Below, one piece after another: positions 12,440 to 26,354 of a stretch of 64,000 bases of DNA. The translations under genes and the position numbers were made by a program. Under the pieces are notes generated by a model. That model had not been told where the DNA came from. It was given only the letters and a program-made list of their open reading frames with translations, and made no database searches. How positions within the stretch are numbered: position 1 is the first letter of the stretch; each line of letters starts with the position of its first letter. The DNA is from Lama glama (lineage: Eukaryota): assembly GCA_028534125.1 (NCBI GenBank), contig CM052832.1:23748001-23812000 (forward strand). Direction: 5' to 3'.

Positions 12440-13140
12440 AGTTGGGGCTGATTTTATCCTGTAGACAACAGAAGCTATTGAAGAGCTTTAATTAGAGATA
12501 AACCTGGCTCTATTTGTCTTTTAGAAATATCCCTCTGGTAGCCATGGGGAAGATGGGGTGGAGTGGTTCAAACTGGAGACAGGAACACCCTAGCTGGAAG
12601 ACTAGAGTCTACATAAGATGAGGAGAACCTGAATCAAGGCAACAGAGATGGGGAGTAAAGGAGGGGAGACATTGGGGTGAAATTAAGGAAGCACAATTTG
12701 CAGAATCTGAATGAATTTGGGAGAGAGAGAGAAAGAAAGAAAGAGAGAGAAACATCACATAGTTTCTGAGCTGGATGCCTGAGTGGACTGTAACATCATT
12801 CATGGAAATGAGAGATGGCCAAAGGAAGTGCAAGATGGCAGATGGGAGCAGTGAGGTGCCTGTGGGATAGCCAGTGGGCACAGGCTATTGAATATATTCC
12901 ATCTGCAAAGATACAGGTTGAGGAGTCATAAGTGTACACGTGGTCAGTAGATGGAAAATTCTATGAATTGGAAAGAAAAGAAAGCCAAGAACAGAGACCA
13001 GGGGAATGTTGAAGGAGAAGATGATGAAAAGACTGAGAAAGAATAGCTGGTGAGGTGGGAAGGAAAGGAGGACTGAGTGGGAGAGATCTTCCATAAGGAG
13101 AGAGCTGGTGTCAGAATCATAAAAAAAAAATTCAAGGATG
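12440..13140. mobile_element. Degenerate L2 LINE fragment
   Basis: gattttatcctgtagacaacagaagctattgaagagctttaa...tttagaaatatccctctggtagcc...gtgaggtgcctgtgggatagccagtgg L2-like motifs. Confidence 0.55.
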
Positions 13141-16100
13141 ATGAAAACTGTGGTGGGGATTTTTCTTTTTTTGACTACCCTATGTTCCCCTCTTTTGATA
13201 ACAGCACTGCACTTTCCTCCTACTGAATAACCCTTCTGTCAACACATGCAGCTGCGGTAGGACTTTTCAGGCATTCTGCTCTGTCATTTCTGAGCCAAGG
13301 GACGGGGATGCGACCCAAGCTCAGCAAACTGGATGTGTTCACCTAGAACTTGAAAACTTGAACCAAGTGATTCAGGGATGGCATAAATTTAATTCCAGAA
13401 GGGATCCCTGACAAGACTGTTGATTAGTTCTTGCGCTACCCACACTTCTTCCTTTAATTTCAGAGGCTGTGATATCCTTCTTATAAATTCCCTTTAAGTG
13501 TTAGGTAGCAAGTGCTGGTTTCTGATCCTTCTAATTAAAGAAAATAAATTGGATTTGGACATTAGAAGGTCACCGATGGCTTTACCTGAGTAGTATCTTA
13601 AGGTAAAGTGTGAAAGGCTGAAGAGGGAATGGAAGACAGGGACATAGAGATAATAATTGCATTCTAATCTTCCAGGAGTTTCTTCTGGAAGACAAGATGT
13701 TAGGGAAGTCGCTGATTATTTTAAACCATGTTCGAATCCATGTTTTGCTAGGGCATCTGAAAAAAGTTCCTGAAAATCGGGCAGCCATGAATCTGTTGTT
13801 TTAGTATTGATAGCTTGAATTTTTAGTGAGATTTAGTTTATCAGTATATTTCAACTCTTCTTATTGTAATATTTGACAAACCCATGGTGGCAAATTGCTT
13901 TCTAAAGTCTACTTTAGAATAAAGGTTTGTCTGATCTGATACACTGAGGTTTCTTCCAAAAAGAAATGCGATGCACCAAATAAAAGATTAAATTTTAAAA
14001 TAATCTGATTTCTAACTTTTACAAATACACATAAAATAAGGCAACTTTCCCTTCTCTAGCCAAACTGGGAGCAAATTGCTCTGTAATACTTTTGTGCCCT
14101 CCAGTGGTTATGAAACAGCATTAGGAAATTTATCATCTGCTTTTAAATATTGTGTATTATAAGAATACGTTTTCTTCATAACAGAATTTGTTACTTTAGG
14201 AATTCAAAGGGAATTATAAATGTGTCAGCATTCACTAGAGGCACATGCTGTTCTTAAAAATGGTCAGACTGATAAAGCAACATCAAACTCATATAGCGAA
14301 AACTGACTTCAGGCAACCAGTAGGTGGAGGAATTTACAAAGCTAAGAACTCCACCACACACTCCAAACCTGACTTCAGAACCTGAGAATCTTAAAAATAA
14401 TTGATCTAGTCTTCTCTGTTTTATACTAACAGAAACCAAGGACTGTTGACTAGCTCCGAGGTATATGTATGTATACATACAGTGCCCACGAAATTCTGGT
14501 AAAAGGAAAGACTATTGTAGGTTAGGATTAGATTTTACTTTCAAAAGATGAGAATTGGGGATAAGGTGAAAGATTTTTAGGTGTGGATAGATGAGATAAA
14601 AAGCTGAAAATAGGTAGGGTGTATGAAGAAAATGACTATGGTCTAAGGGAGGAAAGAGGCTAGCAAGAGAGTGAGATGCTGGAAAGTGTCATCATGTGCA
14701 GGAAGGTCAAGAGAAGGGGGCTGAGTTTGGCTTTGATCCAGCCAGCAATGGAAAACTATCATGAAAGACAAAGAACAAATATTTATTAACTGTCAAGTGC
14801 TGGTACGAATGAACGTGAAAAGGACTGACTCCATAATTCTACTGGTTTCTTCTCCAGTTTCTTTCTTATTATACAGTTTTGTCGACCTCTATACTCTTCT
14901 CTAAATTTAATATCTTGGCTCATTTTATTCTCACTAACTAACCATGATAACTTACCTGCTTTTCAGACAGTAAGCTGCCCCACGCCCACCCCCATCAATT
15001 TTGTCCATAAATAGGCCATACCGTGTTTTTGCCTATCAGACTGGGAAAATTACTAAGATGGATGGTACTAAGATGCAAGTCAAACATATTCCCTGTAGGA
15101 TTATTTATAAATGTAAAACAATAAAAAGAAGTAAACTAGGCAGCAAAAATTAAAAGATTAGAAAACAGAATGATAGTTTGCCAATAAGTCCAATAACTAG
15201 TTCTTTGAAGAAAAGACAATCCTACACATAAAATTCTGGCAATGTTAATTAAGAAAAAAAGAAGAAATTACAGCTACAGAACATTAAGAATGAGAAAGAA
15301 TATATAATTTAAAATGCTGAAACAACTCAGCCTAAAAAATGTGACACAATTTATAAACATAAAACAGAAAATGTTCAACTTCATTCTAACAAATTTGAAA
15401 ACCCAGAAGAAATGGATTATTTCCTAGAAAAAGAGAAATTGCCAAAATTGACTCAAGAAGATAAAAACCTAAAAACATTTGTGACCACTGAAGAAATTTA
15501 AAAACCAACCACCTATCAAATGGTTAGCCTTTTAGTTGTTTTTTAATTCTTATTTTCTAGCTTTATCATTGTGAGCTCAGAAACAATGCCTCTATAATTT
15601 GTGAATTTGAGATATTAATTTTGAACTACTGTATGATTTTTAAATGTGTTCCATAAGATATTGGAAAAATAGTCAGTATAAATAACACTTTGTAGCTAAT
15701 CTTCAAAAAACAGAATATTCCTTATTTATTTGCCTTCCTCTAATCTATTTTTAATTGCAAAAGTACTGTATGCTTATTACAACAAATTCAAACCATTGTT
15801 GGTAAAGGATGACCATCCATGTTAAGTCAGTATAGCTCTTTCTACACTCTTCTCTACCTTTTCAAGCATAAAAAATAACCCCTTAATTGTTGTAACTCTG
15901 ATTTTTGCTTTATTTGTATTAATTTATTTCTCCAATATCTTTGATATGTTTATTTTCTTTTCCTAACTTTTTGGCCAGAATGCTTACCATTCTATAATCT
16001 GTTGTATGTGGCGCTTCCATTGTTGCTAACTTGTGATTTCATTACTGCTTTCTTCTTTTCTTCAAGAATTATTCAGAAGAGTAATTAAACTTGTTCAGCG

Positions 16101-16462
16101 GCGAGCTGCTTTGCTTAATATTTTCTTCTCTGTTTTAGTTTTATTGCCTTCCACTCAGACACTATGGCCCACGTAATACTTACTTTTCAGACTCTAAGAG
16201 CTTTATTTTACCCTAATATAGGATTAAGTCTGTAAAACAGTAGAAAAACAAGTATATTCTCTATTTTTAGAGTTCTAATAATCTTCCAAATCAGTCTTAT
16301 TAACGATATAATCTAGATTTTTATATCAGAGTCAAATTTATTTTGTCTACTCAGTCTAAGAGAAAAATATGAATTAGAGCACACTACCTTTAAATTTAAA
16401 AAATCATCTTTTTGCACCTTTCACAGTTACTTAATGTATTTTTGTGAAAAGTGATTTAACAC

Positions 16463-17109
16463 TGTGGTAGGCAGAATTCTAAAGTGGTCTATGAAACTCC
16501 TGCTTCCTGGTGTACACACCATGCATACACCCCCCTCCTGAGCGTGAGAGATCTGTGAATACCATAGGGTATTTCTCCCATGATCAGGTTACATTATGTG
16601 GCGAAGGTGAAGGGACTTCACGCGTATAATTAAGTCAACTTTAAGTTAATCAAAAGATAGATTATCCTGAGTGGGCCTAACCAAATCAGGTGAGCCTTTT
16701 AAAAAATAATTTAAAGGTCCAGAGATTGAAGATGTTGGAGAGAGATGAAGTGAGAGAGATCCTCATGCTAGCCTTGAAGAAAGAAATTGCTATCTTGTGA
16801 ACTACCTAAGGAAGAGGCTGTAAGGCAATCCCCAGGCAACAGCCAGTAAGAATCTCAGTCCTACCACTTCCAGGAACTGAATTCTGCTAGTAACCTGAAT
16901 GAGCTTGGAAGAGGACCCCAAGCCTTAGAGAAGCACTAGATGAGAACACAGATTCACTGGCATCTTGATTTGATTTCATCTTGTGAGATCCTGACCAGAG
17001 CACTCAACTGCATCATGCCCAGACCTCAGACTACAGAACTAGAGATAGCAATGGGTATTGTTTTAAACAATTAAGATTGTGGTCATATGCAGCAATAAAA
17101 ACTAACACA
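16463..17109 (+). mobile_element. MaLR solo LTR (MLT1D/E/F-like)
   Basis: TG...CA ends: tgtggtaggcagaattctaaag...gattatcctgagtgggcctaaccaaatcaggtgagcc...gcagcaataaaaactaacaca. Confidence 0.75.
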
Positions 17110-17374
17110 AGCACATAAAGACTTCTGAGAGTTACAGTTTCAGTGTGATTGCATCCTTCATATTTATAAAATAAGCTTTATTGTTCTGTTTAATATACTT
17201 TGAATTTTACTGTATTATATGTATTATTAGTATCGTGACTTCTGCTTTCTTGTTTGCATTTATTTAATATCCCTTTTGCTCATCCTTATAGTTGTAACAT
17301 TTTGAGATGCTTTGTTTTAGATGTGGCTTTTCAAAGCAGTGTATATATTGGTTGAATCAAGTTTTTGTATTCTA

Positions 17375-18059
17375 TGTAGTTTGGTGCAGCCATTATGGAA
17401 AACAGTATGGAAATTCCATAAAAGCTAAAAATAGACTTACCCTATAGTCCAGCAATCCCACTCCTGGGCATATATCTGGCGGGAACTCTAATTTGAAAAG
17501 ATACATACACCCCAATGTTCATAGCAGCACAATAGCCAAGACATGGAAACAACCTAAATGTCCACAGACAGATGACTGGATAAAGAAATTGTGGTATACA
17601 TAATGGAATACTACTCAGCCATAAAAAAGCAATAAAAGCCATAAAAAAGAATAAAATAATGCCATTTGCTATAACATGGATGGACCTGGAGAGCATCATT
17701 CTAAGTGAAGTAAGCTAGAAATAGAAAGAAAAATACCCTAAGATATTACTTATATATGGAATCTAAAAAAGAGATGCAAATGAGCTTACTTACAAAACAG
17801 AAACTGACTCACAGACATAGGAAACAAATTTGTTGCCAGGGGTGGAAGGGGGTGGGAAGGGATAAATTGGGAGATCAAGATTTGCAGATAATAACACTAT
17901 ACATAAAACAGATAAACAACAAGTATCAACTGTATAGCACAGGGAACTATATTCAATATTCTGTAACTTGTAATGAAAAGAATGTATGTATATATATGTA
18001 TGACTGAAACTTTATGCTGTGCATCAGAAATTGACACAGCATTGTAAACTTCAATAAAA
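17375..18059 (+). mobile_element. 5'-truncated L1 with exact 16-bp target-site duplication
   Basis: L1 ORF2 end and 3' UTR (ggtgcagccattatggaaaacagtatgg...). TSD AAGTTTTTGTATTCTA at 17359-17374 and 18060-18075. Confidence 0.9.
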
Positions 18060-19211
18060 AAGTTTTTGTATTCTAATGATGTAACTTATCACATTTATAC
18101 CTATTTTTATATCTTTGGTCTAATTTTTTCTCTTTCTCTGTTTTTTTCTATCTCATCCTGCCTTTTATTTTCTGTTCTTTGTGTATATATTTTGCATTTT
18201 CTCTTTTCTAGTGTTTTAGAAAGTATGCATTTATTTTTAAATAATTTTTTAGAAATTAAAAAGAAAACTTAAGTTTCTCTAAAGAATTCTTCAAACTATA
18301 TTTTTGCTCAAAGCAGACTGTGACTGTTGCTCCCTTGTATCCTTAGTACCAATTACATAGAAGTATTTTTAAAATGTTTAATTTGCTGAATTGAAATCAC
18401 TCCATTCTAAGCACTTTTGCTGTTAAATAGCTTTTACCACTCTTTATAAAATAAACATTTAAAAATATTATTTGATTTTGCCAATTCAGACTATATTTTT
18501 CTTGCTGATTATAAAACATTTTCTTCATGTGCACTCTTTTGAAACAAAAACCTGTAATCTGAAACAGGTAAAACATAAATTGATGAAAAGGTAATTATCT
18601 TCTTTTGAATGTGTTTTTAAAATTATTGGATGTTTAGTAATCACAGGGAATTATGAGAATTTTAATAATCAGATGCTCATGTTTATTCTGACAAATTTAA
18701 ACAAGAATAGAAGGTGGATTCTTTCCTCTAACCCCATACTCTAAAGAGTCTTAGTTCCATTTTAGTGTGTATTTTTCTATATTTTTCTCTATGTTATAGT
18801 GATGATGATAATAATGGTAACTAAAATTTCCATAACCTTTACTATGTGCTATTCATGTATTAATTCATTTACTCCTTAAAACAACCCAGTAGGTAAGGAC
18901 TCTATATTAGGGATGAACAAACCAAAGTGTAGAAAAGTGATTTTTTTTCCTCCAAATCATACAGCCAGTAACTGATAAAACTGGGATTCACGCTCTCAAT
19001 CACAAGACTATACTGTCTCTCTTCAAATATATATTTACATACCCTTATATAAGAATGTTAATTTAATAGACACATTTTAATAAAAATGTTCTTAAAATCT
19101 GTTTTGCTGATACATGCTCATTTTACTTAAAGTATTCTGCGTATCTTTCAAATTCTTGAAAGGTATTTCAGGTGACTGAATCAGTAAATCACACGGTTTC
19201 TTAGAGGACAT

Positions 19212-19641
19212 ATTAGTTTTTGTAGGCTAACCTTCTCTGATAAATAAATCCAAATATGTAATAGTTTAATCACAAGGTAAGTTTGTTTCCCATGTAACTA
19301 CCTAAAGCAGGTTCAGGTCAGTGAATGACATTTTTCATATTGTGACTCAGGGACCTAGGCTCCTTCTAACTTGTCACTCTTGGATAACCAGAGCATACTG
19401 TCATTGGCATGTTGAGGCAGGTTGCCATGTCCAGGGTGTGGCTGGTGGGAGGGAAAGGGAACGTGTGAAAACATGCTGTCTTACAAGATTAAGTCCTTAA
19501 GTGGGGTGTACATTACTTAATACTCCCCTTCCCTCAAGATGCATCTAGTCACATGGCCATCAGATTACAAGGGAGACTGGGAAATGCAGTCTACTAAGGA
19601 AAGAAAAATAGATTTTGGTGGACAGTTAGTAATTCTGCCAC
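19212..19641. mobile_element. MaLR LTR (MLT1J-like)
   Basis: gtgactcagggacctaggctccttc...ctagtcacatggcc...aagggagactgggaaatgcagtct...ttttggtggacagttagtaattctgccaca. Confidence 0.6.
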
Positions 19642-22600
19642 AGGCAGTTTTGTTGTGTATTTGTTTATTCATGTTAAAAAAATTTTTAACACATGGATCT
19701 CACTTTAAAAGGATTAGACACCTTTAAACGTGTCACAGGCATCTGTCATATGGACACACCTCTGGTTAGTGGCAGACCCAGAATGGAAACCAAATCTGCC
19801 GATTCCCATGTCAAAGCTCCTTCTGATTAATGCAAGACCTATTTCGCTTTTTTGCCCTGAAGGTAAGTCCTACTGGAAATATGTCTCTCTGGTGGCTGTT
19901 GAACAGAGACCTGTTTCTGTAAACTAGAGTATGGAATTAATTTCATTTGAGAAAATAGTTGTCCGGCCAGTTGGTAGAAACAGCCTGCAGAATGGAGACC
20001 ATATTGCTGGTGTAATTATTTTAGAAGCTAACAAAGAAGAGAACATTTTGATAACTCTCATTTTAGTTGTTAATTGATGGGACATCACTCTCTGAATTCT
20101 ACATCCACTGAATGGGCTTACGTTAAAATATTCTTCCTCATTCTTCAAATGATTGCATATTAGCTCTGATTGAGTACATGGTAAAGTATTGATCACTTAT
20201 TTAGTCAGGTGATTTGGATACCATAGGTTTTCAATACTATTTCTTTTTCAATAGGCATATACAAGTAATTTCTTTTGGCTTAAGTCAGAAAAATATAAAA
20301 ATCTCTGTTTCGATTTGCCATTATAGTCAGAGCTAAAGAAATGAAATTCATAATGGCGGAGTAAACTCCTGGTTATTTCAATTCAATTTTTCTCTATCCT
20401 AGGACATGAAGAATATGTATCACTTACAACTCCTTTAAATTGCCATACATTTATATCGCTTTCCTGAAGACACATATCATATATGGCTTTTGTAAAACAT
20501 TTCTCTGGTCCTCTCTACATCTTTTAGTAATGCTACAGGCAATGCCTTTGAATATCCGTAAAGGATCATAAATTTTTATCATGCTTGACTGCAGAAGGCA
20601 ATCACTCCCCTGGAAAAGACAATCTGCATCTGCCCAGTTCTGCTATTTCCTCTATAGCTTCTAAGCTGAAGAGAAATACCTGAAGAAGAGGGTATCATAA
20701 TATCAACTTCATGCAGGGTAGCCTGCTGAGGGACATGCGTCATTAGCTCACCCAGCTAGGGATGTTTCCCATCATTGTATGTGGGCATGATTATACTACA
20801 TAGGGACCATGAGCTGGAAAGTGCAGTCTTCCCAACAAATCTACAGAACTGTTATGTTCACGGGAAGACTTCCCATTCTAAGTTTATTGACTTGAGTTGA
20901 AGAAATGAGGCCATGGAGTTATTATTAAAAATAACACAAAATTTTAAATGCATACCTTTGGATTAGTTTCCAAGATGAACTATTGATAACATGGGAAATT
21001 ACTAATTGAATTTTAATGAAAAAACCTTTGTGATAATTGGTGAATGAGATTTGATGATTGATATTATGGTTTAGTAAGTGTGGTCAATGGTGGGTTTCTT
21101 TCATCTTGATCTTCATGTCAGCATGAGGTATCATTTTTAACTGTGATGGTCCTAAAAACTAAGATATTAAAATAAAAGTTGACTTAGCATTCAAATACTC
21201 AAATTTGTAGTTTTAGGCAAAATTATCTTTAAATATAAATACATTATATTGGAGGGAGACCTGAAAAAAATTCTCTACCAACAGGCAAACATTACCCTTC
21301 ATTAGTTACACGTTCTGTGCCAAGTTACTGAACAGTAGAGGAACAAAAACCATTTAGAGGAATCGAGATGAATTATCAAGGGTTAGTCTGAGCTGGTTTA
21401 CTTTCTGCTTGTGGCATAGACATAAGCATCATGCACAGAAACAATGAAATGGTTAAACTCGCAGAAGAAATCTGTGAAAGACTATAAAATCAGCTTGTCT
21501 CAGTTGAAGCAATTAAAGCCTTTAAAATTATATCTGTAGCTGGAGTGGTGCAGAAAGTGCCAATGGTTTAAAATAATTCTTTTGAAATGAACATGTTTAA
21601 TGAATGTCATTTAAAAAATATTACTTATGAAGTGATTCTTAAGGATTTGGTATCAGAGACAACGAAAAGACTCTAGACCACATCCAACACCTATTTCTCC
21701 ATTTCTAATTAAGTGTCACAAAGATGCCCCAAGTTAAATGTGCTCAAGACTGAACCATGGTTCCTTCCAGATTCTGCTTCTCTTTCAGTGTTTCCTATCA
21801 CAGGAATTGGCTGATTTTACACCTATGGTGAAAGGTATGAGGAGGCAAGTGACTGAAACTAGAAATGTGAGTGATGAAAATACAGACATGTGTGGGCAAT
21901 GTGTGTTAATTTTAGCTGTGTTGAATGAAGTTGGGACAGGCAGGTTGAAATACTCTGTGGACGTGTGGAGTTAAGAATCTGGGTGGATGGACTTGAGTTG
22001 GAGGATGTGGATCTGGGAGTCATCTACACATAGGTGACAGGTGACATTGAGGGAGACAATTGAGCATTTGAGAGGAGGGAAAATGTAGAGGGGAGAGTCA
22101 GAGACGTATACTGTGTATCACAAAATATTTAATAAGAAAAGAGAAGCATCGCGAATCTCAATGGATGAGGAATGAGATAGACCGCTGGATTTAATGACCT
22201 TTGAAAGTTTCTGAAACTTGGTGAGATAAGAAGCCACACTGCAGTGATACAAAGGTGTGTGTGTGTACACACGCATGCGCTCATGCACTCTGCTCCTTGC
22301 TTTACTTCTCACTGGATGCTTGCCTTTGTGCAATTTAACATCACCGGACCTCAGTTATTCATCTTTAAAATGAGGGGATTCCCTAGATAAACACGTCTAG
22401 AGTCTAAGAATTTGAAGTAGACATTTTCAATGAATGAAAGGATAAGTAAAGCTAAATGTATTTCCCACCCGTTCTAGAAACAGTTTTTATAGATAAGGAG
22501 AAGTGGCTAGACCTGACTACTCACTTCAAGACATCTTGCTGTGAAAGGAAGACTCTAAGTAGATTCTTTTGGATTGTTTTATCATTTTGATTGTATAAAA

Positions 22601-23288
22601 TGATACTTTGTAATATTACAAAGTAAAGAGATACAAGAGACCCTAAGCATTTACTTTTCTGACTGATTTTTGGACTTTTTATGAATGTATACAACATGCA
22701 ATTCTGTGAAGCATGGATTTCTTTACCCTTTGATAATTTACTAGATCATAGCGTTGGTAAAACTGGAATTCAACAATGTGCAAGGAAAAAAATACCAGAA
22801 ATGCACATTGTCTTTGATAACTGTTTTCCTATACATTGCTAAAGGTTTTCTTTTTCTTTTTCTTTTCCAGTAAATCCAACCTACTAAAAAAGCCAGGAGG
22901 TGACAAGCCATCAAGGCTGGTAAAATAATTATGTGAACCTCAAATCCAGATTTTTTACAGTTGTGGTGAAGCATTTTGAAAGGCTGATGCCAAGTCCAAT
23001 GCCAATCGACAGATTCCAAGAGTTTTGAGTGGACTTATTTCTCATTATAAAATTATTACTATGCAATGAGTATGTAGCATGTTGTTTTTAAAATAGTCCT
23101 TCTTCCTCACTTAAACTTTTTCCTCCAGAAATTTATAAATTAATTATAAAAGTTATTTATGTTTATATTATACATTTAATTATATAGTTTATATAATACT
23201 ATATCATATTTATTAACTAAATTTATTTTTAGGATGTTTATGTTAACAAAGATCAATGAGGGGGATTTTCTTATAAAACTGGATTCTA

Positions 23289-26142
23289 ACTGTCACTATT
23301 TGCAGACGACATGATACTGTATATAGAGAAACCTGAAGTCTGCACAAAAACTATTAGAACTAATAAGTGAATTCAGCAAGGTAGCAGGATACAAGATTAA
23401 CATATAGAAAGCTGTTGCATTTCTTTATACTAATAAATGAAATATCAGAAAGAGAAAGTTAAAAAAATCCTGTTTAAAATTGCATCAAAAATATACCTAG
23501 GAATGAACTTAACCAAGGAGGTGAAAGACCTTTATGATGAACACTATAAAACACTGACAAAGAAACTGAAGAAAATTGAAAGAAATGGAAAGATAATCTA
23601 TGTTCTTGGATTGGAAGAATTAATATTGTTAAAATAGCCATGCTACACTACACAAAACAATCTACAGATTTAATGCAATCCCTATAAAAATACCCATGAT
23701 ATTTTTCACAGAACTAGGGCAAGTAATCCTAAAATTTATATGGACCCACAAAAGACCCAGAATTGCCAAAGCAATCCTTAGGAAAAAGGACAAAGCTGTA
23801 TAATCCTTCCAGACTTCAGACAATACTACAAAGCTACAGTCATCAAAACAGCATGGTTCTGGCACAAAAACTGACATATAGACCAATGGGACATAATAAA
23901 GAGCCCAGAAATAAACCCACACACATACTGTCAATCTATGACAAAGGAGGTAAGAATATGCAATGGAGAAAAGACAACAGTCTCTTCTACAAGTGCTGCT
24001 GGGAAAGCTGGACAGCCACACATGAATCAACGATAGTAAAACATTCTCTCCCACCATATGCATAAATAAACTCAAAGTGGCATAAACAAAACTACAAAAT
24101 ATTGCCTCACACCAGTCAGAATGGCCATCACTGAAAAGTCCACAAAGGATAAACGCTGAAGAGTGTGTGGAGAAAAGGGAACCCTCCCCCACTGTTAGTG
24201 GGAATGTAGTTTGGTGCAGCCATTATGGAAAATAGTATGGAGATTCCTTAAAAAAATAAAAATAGACTTACCATATGATCCAGCAGTCCCACTCCTGGGC
24301 ATATGTCCAGAGGAAACTCTATACTTGCATCCCAATGTTCACAGCAGCACTATTTACATAGCCAGGATATGGAAACAGCCTAAGTCCACTGGCAGATGAC
24401 TGGATAAAGAAGTTGGGGTACATATACAATGGAATACTACCCAGCCATAAAAAGAATGAAATAATGCATTTGCAGTAACATGGATGGACCTGGAGATTGT
24501 CATACTAAGTGAAGTACACCAGAAAAAGAAAGAAAAATACCATATGATATCACTTATATGTGGAATCTGAAAAAAAAAAAAGACACAAATGAACTTATTT
24601 ACAAAACAGAATCAGACTCATAGACACAGAAAACAAACTTCTGGTTACCGGGGGGGGAAGGAGAGGGATAAACTTGGAGTTTGCAGATACTATATATAAA
24701 ATAGATAAACAATAAGGTCTTATTGTATAGCACAGAGAACTATATGCAATATCCTGTTATAGTCTATAATGAAAAAGAATATGAAAAGGAATATATATGT
24801 ATGATTGAATCACTATGCTGTACACCAGAAACAAATATAACATTGTAAATAGACTGTACTTCAATTAAAAAATAAAATAAAGTAACAAAAGATCTAAATG
24901 TAAGACACACCACCATAAAAGCCCAAGAAGAGAACATAAGCAAAATACTCTACAACATAAATTATAGCAATATTTTTTTAGATCAGTCTCCCAAAGCAAA
25001 AGAAATACAAGCAAAAATAAATGGGACCTAATCAAACATAAAAGTTTTTGCACAGCAAAGGAAACCATCAACAAAATGAAAAAACCTACAGACTGGGAGA
25101 AAATATTTGCAAATGACACAGCTGACAAGGGGTTAGTATCCAAGATATACAAACAGTTCATACAACTAAATATCAAAACAAACAAACAAACAAACAAACA
25201 AAAAACAAAACCAACCCAATCAAAAAATGGGCAGAAGACCCAAATACACATTTCTCCAAAGAAGACATACAGATGGCAAACAGGGACATGAAAGAATGCT
25301 CAACATCGCTAATTATTAGGGAAATGCAAATCAAAACTAAAATGAAGTATCACCTCATACCAGTCAGAATGGCCATCATCAAAAAGTCTACAAATAATAA
25401 ATGCTGGAGAGGTGTGGAGAAAAGGGAACCCTCCTACACTGTTAATGGGAATGTAAATTGGTGAAGCCACTATGGAAAACAGTATAGAGGTTCCTTAAAA
25501 AACTAAAAATAGAACTACCATATGAACCAGCAATCCTACTCCTGGGTATACTGGAAAACACCAAAAACTCTAATTTGTAAAGATACATGCACTCCAATGT
25601 TCATAGCAGCATTATTTACAATAGCCAAGACATGGAAACACCCAAGTGCCTATCAACAGATAACTGGCTTATGAATCTGTGGTGTATATATACACAATGG
25701 AGTATTACTCAGCCATAAAAAAGACTGAACCATTGCTCTTTGCAGCAACATGGATGGGCCTAGAGAATATTATGCTTAGTGAAATAAGTCAGAGAAAGAT
25801 AAATACTGTATGATATCACTTATACATGGAATCTAAAAAATAATGCAAATGAATATATATACAAAATAGAAACAGATTCATAGACAAAGAAAACAAACTT
25901 ATGGTTACCAAAGGGGAAAGGAAAGGGGAAGAGACAAATTAGGAGAATGAGATTAACAGATATAAACTACTATTCATAAAGTAGATAAACAACAAGGATT
26001 TACTGTACAGCACAGGGAATTATATTCCATATTTTGTAATAACCTATCTATAACGGAATATAATCTGCAAAAAAAAAAAAACTGAATCCTGTAAACCTGA
26101 TAGTAATGCAATACTGTAAGTCAATTGTACTTCAATTGAAAA
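23289..26142 (+). mobile_element. 5'-truncated, decayed L1 (RT region to 3' end) containing a nested L1
   Basis: Starts at ctgtcactatttgcagacgacatgatactgtat (LSLFADDMILY, RT catalytic motif). Frameshifted ORF2 remnants appear in the ORF track. Near-perfect TSD AAAACTGGATTCTA 23275-23288 / AAAACTTGATTCTA 26143-26156. Confidence 0.9.
24085..24882 (+). mobile_element. Second 5'-truncated L1 nested in ORF2 of the larger L1
   Basis: A full L1 3' end with A-tail interrupts the outer element between aaataaactcaaagtgg and aaagatctaaatgtaagac; it is homologous to 25335-26142. Confidence 0.8.
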
Positions 26143-26354
26143 AAAACTTGATTCTAGAATTTTCTGACTGATTAGTCTTTCCAACTGCAAATGACTTTAT
26201 CTGATTATTTACCTAGAAAAAGTTATTCTTCAGGGAAGCTGACGACATGCTGAATAAATTCCCTAATACAACCAGAAGGGTTCAGCTGTCTTCCCTAAAC
26301 ATATGAGCAAGGGGTCAGAGAAAAAAAATTTAACAGCTTGAAATCATCACAGTA

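Noticed and set aside
23437..25464. Several 60-176 aa ORFs on both strands
   Set aside because: Fragments or antisense frames of frameshifted L1 ORF2.
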